The notes beneath the pieces were generated by a model that ran no database searches, was not told the origin of the DNA, and saw only the letters and a list, made by a program, of their open reading frames with translations. From Thermoplasmata archaeon (GTDB taxonomy: Archaea; Thermoplasmatota; Thermoplasmata; GCA-020350865): a stretch of 64,000 nt of DNA. Shown piece by piece: positions 1-8,100 of the stretch. Numbering within the stretch: position 1 is the first letter of the stretch; each line of letters starts with the position of its first letter. A program made the translations under genes and the position numbers. Where the stretch lies: positions 4,886,101 to 4,950,100 of the forward strand of contig CP070751.1 in the NCBI GenBank assembly GCA_020348445.1, read 5' to 3'.

Positions 1-354
1 CACCTTCTCAACCACTGCATCAAGAGTCTCTGAGAGCAAAACTTGATCCATCCCCTCATTTACGAGGCACATCACCATTGCCTTGGTATCTGCACCTGTT
101 ATTATGACATCCCCGTCATTTGTCTCAATAATTATCCTTGAGGGCAGGCCCATATCACTTTTTAAGGTTATGTTCTTTGCTGCTCCTAGGATCGTGGCGC
201 CCATCATGGCAAATATCTCTTGCGGCATCGTATACTTATCAAAATTCGAGGCCAAAAGAGCCCCATCTTTTCTGATAATGGCGGCTGCATCCACAGCTTT
301 CTTTTCCTTCAGATCGTCAACGATATCCTTCATCTGTTCTCTGGTAGTTACCAT
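1..354 (-). CDS. Roadblock/LC7 (MglB-like) domain protein, 3' end runs off the window
   Basis: Translated by hand from the minus strand: ATG at 354 with AGGGGT upstream, 118 open codons: MVTTREQMKDIVDDLKEKKAVDAAAIIRKDGALLASNF...IFAMMGATILGAAKNITLKSDMGLPSRIIIETNDGDVIITGA. This matches the roadblock pattern (AAII-R-DG-LLAS, long helix, IIIET-G-VII). Not in the ORF track because there is no stop inside the window. Confidence 0.85.
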   Translation of the reverse strand, partial: MVTTREQMKDIVDDLKEKKAVDAAAIIRKDGALLASNFDKYTMPQEIFAMMGATILGAAKNITLKSDMGLPSRIIIETNDGDVIITGADTKAMVMCLVNEGMDQVLLSETLDAVVEKV

Positions 355-539
355 ATTTTCAACCCCTGATTGTGGATTTTCCCCCTTTTTCCCTGAAACT
401 ACATCATAAATAATAACTTTTTCTGTATAAATTTCGTGCAAGAGAATGATGTTTACATTTTGTTCGTCTACTCGATCTTATATATGAAACGAGGTAGCGA
501 AAAATAAATGCCAATTAGAATGCATTATAGTGCGAGAAA

Positions 540-1130
540 ATGGATGTACCCCACGCCCTTTACATCGAATGTCCTTCATGCAAAGAAGAAACCCTTCACA
601 GGGTTATCAAGGGTAGTTTAAGTGAAAAAAAGGAAATTGTTCTGGATGCCCTTGTGAAGTGTTCCAAATGCGGCCATAGGCACCCAAGTATCATACGGAC
701 CGAGAGACCTGTGGTGGTACCAGTTATCGTAAGTGAACAAGAAAAATCGCAAAAAAACGAACTTGAGCTTCCAAGTCAAGAAAATGTAAATATTGGAAAT
801 GAGTTTCAATTGGGCAGAGGTATGATTAAAATAACGGCAATAGAGACCAAATTCGGGAGAGTGGATAGTGCCATTGGAAAGGATGTGACAACCCTATGGG
901 CAAAAAAGTTCGATAGATTAAAGCTGAAGATATCCATAAACAAAGGGGGAAAAACATTAACCAGAACAATCTGGGCTGTTCCTGATGAGGAGTTCTTCAT
1001 CGGTGATGTGATGAGAATAAAGGGTCTGAACTTCACAATTCATCGAATCAAAACCCAGGATAAGATCATAAAGAAGGGAAGCGTCCCTGCAAGGAACATA
1101 GTAAGGCTCTATGGGAAACCCATCAGATAA
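540..1130 (+). CDS. HVO_0476-family zinc-finger protein
   Basis: CPSC...ETLHRVIKG...VKCSKCGHRH pattern; 196 aa; sits directly upstream of pcm, the usual archaeal context. Confidence 0.8.
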   Translation: MDVPHALYIECPSCKEETLHRVIKGSLSEKKEIVLDALVKCSKCGHRHPSIIRTERPVVVPVIVSEQEKSQKNELELPSQENVNIGNEFQLGRGMIKITAIETKFGRVDSAIGKDVTTLWAKKFDRLKLKISINKGGKTLTRTIWAVPDEEFFIGDVMRIKGLNFTIHRIKTQDKIIKKGSVPARNIVRLYGKPIR

Positions 1131-1139
1131 GGTGATCTA

Positions 1140-1796
1140 TTGGAATATGAATTAGAAAGAAAAAAACTCATAGATAGTCTTGTTCGTCGGGGATACATTT
1201 CCAAACCCGAGATCATCAAGGCCATGATGAAAGTACCCAGACATCTTTTTGTACCAAAGGAGATCGAGCCCTATGCATATCACGATTGCCCGCAACAGAT
1301 TGGCTGTGGGCAAACCATCTCTGCACCGCATATGGTGGGCATCATGGTGGAGAAACTGGATCTTGCACCTGGGCAGAAGGTACTGGAGGTTGGGGGCGGA
1401 AGTGGATACCATGCCGCTGTTGTGGCACAGATTGTGGGTCTAAAAGGACATGTTTATTCTGTGGAATTTGTTAAAGAGTTGACAAAAATTGGGAAGGAGA
1501 ACATAAAAAAGTGCGGTCTTGGAGAAATCGTAACCATGATAAATGGCGACGGTTCATTGGGTCTTCCTGAGTACGCCCCGTACGATAGGATATATGTTAC
1601 ATGTGCTTCACCTGACTTACCTGCTCCACTGATTGAGCAGCTCAAGGACAAGGGAAAGCTCTTGATACCCTCAGGAGGGAGACATTATCAGACCCTGGTT
1701 TATCTTGAAAAGAAGGGCAAGAAGATCGTAAAAAAGGATTACGGTGGTTGTGTTTTCGTGCCACTGAGAGGTGAGTACGGATTCAAATTATATTAA
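1140..1796 (+). CDS. pcm: Protein-L-isoaspartate O-methyltransferase
   Basis: VPRHLFVP, GQTISAPHMV, KVLEVGGGSGYHAA (SAM motif), APYDRIYVT; TTG start with AGGTGA RBS. Confidence 0.95.
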   Translation: MEYELERKKLIDSLVRRGYISKPEIIKAMMKVPRHLFVPKEIEPYAYHDCPQQIGCGQTISAPHMVGIMVEKLDLAPGQKVLEVGGGSGYHAAVVAQIVGLKGHVYSVEFVKELTKIGKENIKKCGLGEIVTMINGDGSLGLPEYAPYDRIYVTCASPDLPAPLIEQLKDKGKLLIPSGGRHYQTLVYLEKKGKKIVKKDYGGCVFVPLRGEYGFKLY

Positions 1797-1920
1797 ATGT
1801 CAGCATAGTATTTTAAAAGTTAAGCATGTGGGATTGCCTTTTTATGCAAGTTAAAATTGTTAGAATTCTTCAAGGAGGATTCGTTAAATTATTTTAATTT
1901 TTTCAGATTGATAGTAATAT

Positions 1921-1930
1921 TTTTATAGCC
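1921..1930 (+). promoter_or_regulatory. Probable TATA box for the 2914-aa gene, implying a leader of about 150 nt
   Basis: TTTTATAG in an AT-rich intergenic stretch; position is plausible but the transcription start is not determined. Confidence 0.35.
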
Positions 1931-2100
1931 ATAATGTGTTTAAGGTCACACTGGGGAGGAGTCTAAGGCAATGCGTAAAAAAAGAGGGGCGAGGATAGAA
2001 ATTCTACAAAAGTAACGGACTGATGTTGAGACCTTTTCTCTTCTTTTTGGCGCTCCCTTTTGGCTGAGCCCTAGGAAAAATTGATAGGAGGAAGATGTAA

Positions 2101-5100
2101 ATGAAACCAAAGATAATACTTGCGTTTTTGTGTGTGTTTGTGGTGGCTACTGTTATTGCGGTAGCGGTGAACGTTGGTGTGCAAATAGGGGACACGACAC
2201 CAAATGACTTGGATGGCGGGGGAATGGTAACAAAAGAACAACCTGAGCCTGGTGAAGAACTTCCCGAAATGATGCCCGAAGATGTATCCTCCACCGAAAC
2301 AGTCGATGAAGAAAACCTTCCCGTAAATCCACCTGAAGAAGAACCTAAAAATGAGTTATATTACGATGATTGGATCGTCTCTGAGGAGATAATCATAGAA
2401 AACAGTCGGATAACAGTGGACGGTAACATCGTAGTGACTTCCACTGGCTCTCTGATTCTGAAAAACGTAGAGCTAACATGTCATGACGTCAATATAGAGG
2501 CAGGGGGAAATTTTTGGATTGACCCGAGCGTGGTGATAAGCCATGATGTCTATGTGGGTTCGGGTTCAACACTGACACTGATTGCCACCACATGGATGAT
2601 GGATTGCACCTACGATGGACAGTATGGAATACAGGTGAATAGCTCGGCCACCATGATCATAAAAAGTGGAAGCATAATCACAGCTGTGAATCCAGATTAT
2701 GAATACTGGTTTAAGGTGAATAATGGAGCAGTATTCGAAATGCGGGATAGTGAATTGCATGAGTGCGGGTGGCAGTGGCCCCCGGGTGGATTAGAGATAA
2801 ATACACCAAATGTGATTATCGATAATAACTTGATCTCCAACAACTATTATGGTTTCCTTTTGACTTCCGACAATAATTACATCGCAAACAATACAATTAC
2901 CGATAACCAAAGGGGTATGTATGTTTATGGTTCGAATAACAATCTGATTGTGAACAACATAGTTACAAACAACGTTGGCAGAGGTATCAATTTAGGATAT
3001 TACAGTGATAACAACCTTATTACTGACAACTGGTGCTCAGGCAATACCATCGGAATTCGCGTGGGTCACTATAATGATAACAACCTCATTACAGATAACA
3101 CATGCTTTTCGAATAGCCAGTGGGGTATAAATCTCTATTTATCGGATTCGAATATAATCACGAACAATAATGTATCGAACAATGCAGGGGGCATTGGTCT
3201 GGAGTCCTCGAATAATAACCTAGTATATCATAACAATATCATAGGAAACTCCGTTCAGGCAAATGATGACGCACCAGCAAATAACGATTGGCATGATACC
3301 GGTCTACTCGAAGGTAACTACTGGTCCGACTATACAGGTGTGGACGATGGCTCAGGAATGGGAAAACATGCAGACCAAGGAGACGGCATCGGTGATACCC
3401 TAATTCCTCATCCTACCACAGATTACGATTTCTATCCCTTGGTCCATTCCTGGGGATCTGTCATAAATATAAATACAGGAGAGATATTTCCTGCTATCCA
3501 ACCCGCGATTGATGATTCGAATACCCTTAATGGACACATGATAAAGGTGTATGGTGGAACATACCACGAAAATGTGAAGGTGTATAAAGAGGTATATGTA
3601 ATTGGAGAGGGTTGGGATGTAACCACTGTTGAGGCATTTGACCCAAATGACCATGGATTTTATGTCACCGCTGATTTCACTAGAATTGCTGGATTCAAAG
3701 TAACTGGGGCAACTGGAGGATCACCATATTTTGCCTCTGGAATATATTTCGATGATATTGATTTATTCGACTGTATTTATAACAATCTAACAGGAAACCA
3801 CTATGGCATTTATGCCGAGGATTGCTACAAAGGCCTGATAGGACACAATAGTGTTTCTCAAAATCACTTTGGGATTTACCCAGCATATAATAATGATCAG
3901 AATCTCATATCACAAAACGTGGCAAATTTCAACACATATTATGGAATAGTATTATGGTCTGGTTCTGATTATAATACCATTAGTCATAACAGTGTTAGAT
4001 ATAATGGAGCAGGTGGCATCACTTTAGGATTCAGCGATTGGAACGCTATCTATTCCAATGAAGCTAAGAATAATAAATATGGTATAGAATTCCAGCAGCC
4101 AAGTGATAATAACACAATAAAGCTTAACACTATTATGTATAATGAACATGGAATTAATTTAAAAGGATCGAGTTCAAATACCATTGAAAAAAATACCATA
4201 ACGAACAACGACTACGGAATCTATCTTAGATTATCGAGTTTATATAACGAGGTTCATTACAACAATATCAATGGTGATGATAACAAATATTATGGCATTT
4301 ATGCAAATCCTGATTCACCTGTTAATGCGACCTTAAACTGGTGGGGACATCCCAGCGGTCCATACGACCCCTCAGATGATACAGGATCCGGTGGCTGGTA
4401 TAATCCTTTTGGGCTTGGTGACAATGTCTCTGATTATGTTGAATACGATCCTTGGTTGGGTGCACCATTTAATACACTTTATGTCGACGATGACGCTACC
4501 GGCTTTGAGGATGGATCACTTGCGCATCCGTACAACACCATTACCGAGGCAGTGAACAATGCGATGCCAGGGTATAATGTTTTTATTTTTGATGGAACAT
4601 ATTATGAGAATGTGGTGATAAATAAGATACTAACATTCTACAGTAACACTGCAGGTATACATTTAAATGGCCATCTGACAATAGTAAGTGGTGGAAGTCT
4701 AACACTAAAATGCTTTAAACTGATGATGAACTCCACAGTTATGGGTGAGTTCGGGATCTACGTTAACCACGGTGGCAAGTTATTTATTATGGGCTCTCCA
4801 GGTACACCTTCGATTATTACCAATGGAGTCAATGCATCAGCATATTATGAGTTCCAGGTAAGAAATGGATCAAAATTCGAGATGTTCGACAGTGAGGTGG
4901 AATATGCGGGACATGCTTGGAACCTTCCTGAGTACAACGAGGCAGGGCTTTGGATTAATACAGACAATGTTCTTATCCATAATAGCGAGATACACCACAA
5001 CAATTACCATGGGCTCATACTTTACAACTCCAGTGGCCATCACATTATCAATTGCACCATCCACCACAACTCCTGGAGCGGTATCTGGGGAAGGAATTCA

Positions 5101-8100
5101 CAAAATAATCTAATAGATGAAAACACCATTTATAATAATGGATGGGACGGAATTCGCCTTTCAAATGCAGCAGGTTCCGTAATCAATCAAAATACCATTA
5201 ATTCAAATGGTGATGATGGTATCGACGTATCATCTGGCACGGTAATAATTGGCAATGTTGTAAATAACGCAGCTGATAATGGAATCGAAGTGAGTAATTC
5301 ACCATTTTCCTTAATCATTGCTAACATCGTGACAAATAGTGGGGATGATGGAATATTAATAAAGAATTCACCGAATAGTATAATATTCGATAATATGGCC
5401 AAGTTCAACGATGTCCCAGTGGATGACGGAACAGGCCTTGTTGTGTTGGATTCTGATAACTGCCAAATAACATATAATATATTGGAAGAGAATTGGCGCG
5501 GAATGTACCTCCAGGACTCGGATTACTGCACAATAAGTAACAATGCTGTAAATTATAATTCCGGGGACCATGGAATCGAACTGTACCAAGCCTACCATAG
5601 TACCATAACAAATAATACCGCAAACAACAATGGTTACACAGGAATCACCGCACCCACTGTCGATATCATCTATAATAACACGGCAAATGACAACGGCAAT
5701 GACGGGATTTCTATAACATCATCCCCCAATATAGAACTACATCATAATACGGTGATAGATAACGGGGATGATGGTATCGCAGTATCATCTTCACATGATA
5801 TTATAATACACAACAATTCAGCATATGACAATGGAGACGATGGGATCGTTGTTTCATCTTCTGAATATGCGATAATTAAGGACAACATGGCCAGTGATAA
5901 TCATGGAGATGGCGTGTCAGTATCCTCTTCACAAGGGACTGTTATATATAATGTTATAGCGACTGGTAACGGTCATGTGGGAATCAGAGTAACTCATTCC
6001 AAAGATAGCAAAATTACAGATAATACGGCAAGCTTTAGCGGACACGGTATATACGTGGGTTCATCATCTGACTGCTTGATAGACAACAACTATGCAAACA
6101 ACTGTGGAGACGATGGAATCATCGTAAGTGGTTCTCCAAGGTGTGTAATAAGCAACAACTTTGCCAATCTAAATAACGTAGCATCAGATATCGGAACCGG
6201 TTTTGTGGTTCTATCTTCTGCCGAAACAGAAATAAAATATAATGAAGCGATTCTCAACTATCGTGGGATGTATGTCGAAAACTCCTTAAGTTGTGACATT
6301 CACGATAATGAGGTGAATGAAAACACCTGGTACGGCGTCCATCTCTATTATTCTGATAACAGCACTATAACCGGTAACAACGTGAGTTTCAATTCAGGGG
6401 AATGGGATTCAGTGGGAGTCTATCTTTCGTATTCTGATGATCCTGTAATTACATCCAACTTAATCTCTTCAAATTGGCATGGATTAAAATTGTGGCACTC
6501 CCATGATAGTACAATTACACATAATGAAGTGAACATGAACTCGAGATCTGGTATATCTCTGGAGTACAGCGGAAAAGTCAGCACCAATCCACTTATATAC
6601 GATAATACCGCGAATTCAAACGGTGGAAGCGGCATTTCTCTGACACATTCAGATTATGTAGATATTGACTTCAACGTCGCAATGTTCAACTCCCGTGGCA
6701 TTTCACTTACTTCATCAGATCATGTTACAATAACTGACAATACAGCAAACAGCAACGGCTATGGCATATATTTGGGTGGATCAAACCATAACGTGATCTA
6801 CAATAACTATGCTGAAAGGATTGGAGGAGCGGGCACATACGGTATTTATCTGAGATCTTCTAGCAATAACAACATATCACATAATTACGCAAAATACAAC
6901 TATTTTGGCATCTCACTTGTATGGTCCAGCAATCATAACACTGTATTACTTAACGATGTGAGATTCTGCATAGATTACGGTGCATATTTGTACAGAGCCC
7001 ATCACAATACATTGGATCAAAATGATTTCGAAACCTCAAACGGAATTGGTGTCTATCTGGAGCAGTCCGACAATAATGACATAACCTACAATAATGTGAT
7101 GTTTGCCTCAAATTATGGCATTAGCCTCTTTGAATCAGATTTGAACACGATGTTCAAAAATACAGCAGAATATTGTGATATCGGGATCTCATTAAGATGG
7201 TCACATTATAATGATATAATAAGTAATTGGGTGGATAATAACAACAACATAGGAGTCGATTTGTGGCTTTCAGACAACAACACGGTAACCGACAACTCAG
7301 TTGATAATAATCCCAACTATGGGATACATCTATACTCCTCAGACAATAACCTCATCATCGATAACGATGCTAATTCTAACGGAATAGGCATTTATCTGGA
7401 CTGGTCAAAGAACAACATCATAGATTCAAATACCGCTACCTTAAATAACCTGATAGGTATAGCAGTGTTCTGGGAAAGTGACGGAAATATAATCATCGAT
7501 AACAACGCGAACTTTAACGTGAACGAAAGCATCCGTATTTCCTATTCGGATAACAATCTTGTAGAGGACAACCAGGCATCCGGAAGCATCATCGGAATAC
7601 ATCTAGACTGGTCGGATAATAATATTGTCCAGTACAACAACGCAGATAATAATGTCGTGGGCATCCGTTGCGAATGGTTCAGCGACAATAATGTGATAGA
7701 GGACAATTCGGCCACTGGTGGTGTTATTGGAATTTCTCTGGAATGGTCCTCTTTAAATGATGTCATTGGCAATGATGCTAGCTACAACAATGTAAGTATA
7801 ATGCTGGAATGGTACAGTGACATCAATACTATCCTCGATAATATCGCTTGCTACAGTGATTTCGGTATCTATCTTGATTGGTACTGTGATAATAACTCGA
7901 TCTTGTACAACAATGCCAGTTATAATGTCCTAAACGGGATCACTTTGGAAAAATCCGAATATAATTTCGTGGATAACAATACGATCATTAGCAATGATAT
8001 CGGATTAAAGTTGACTTCCGGCCATAATAATATTATCGGTTTCAATTTTTTCATGCTAAACAACATAGCCATCTTCCTAGACCCATCAAATTACAATATT

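Noticed and set aside
83-409. 108-aa plus-strand ORF in the track
   Set aside because: Antisense shadow of the roadblock gene; no family pattern.
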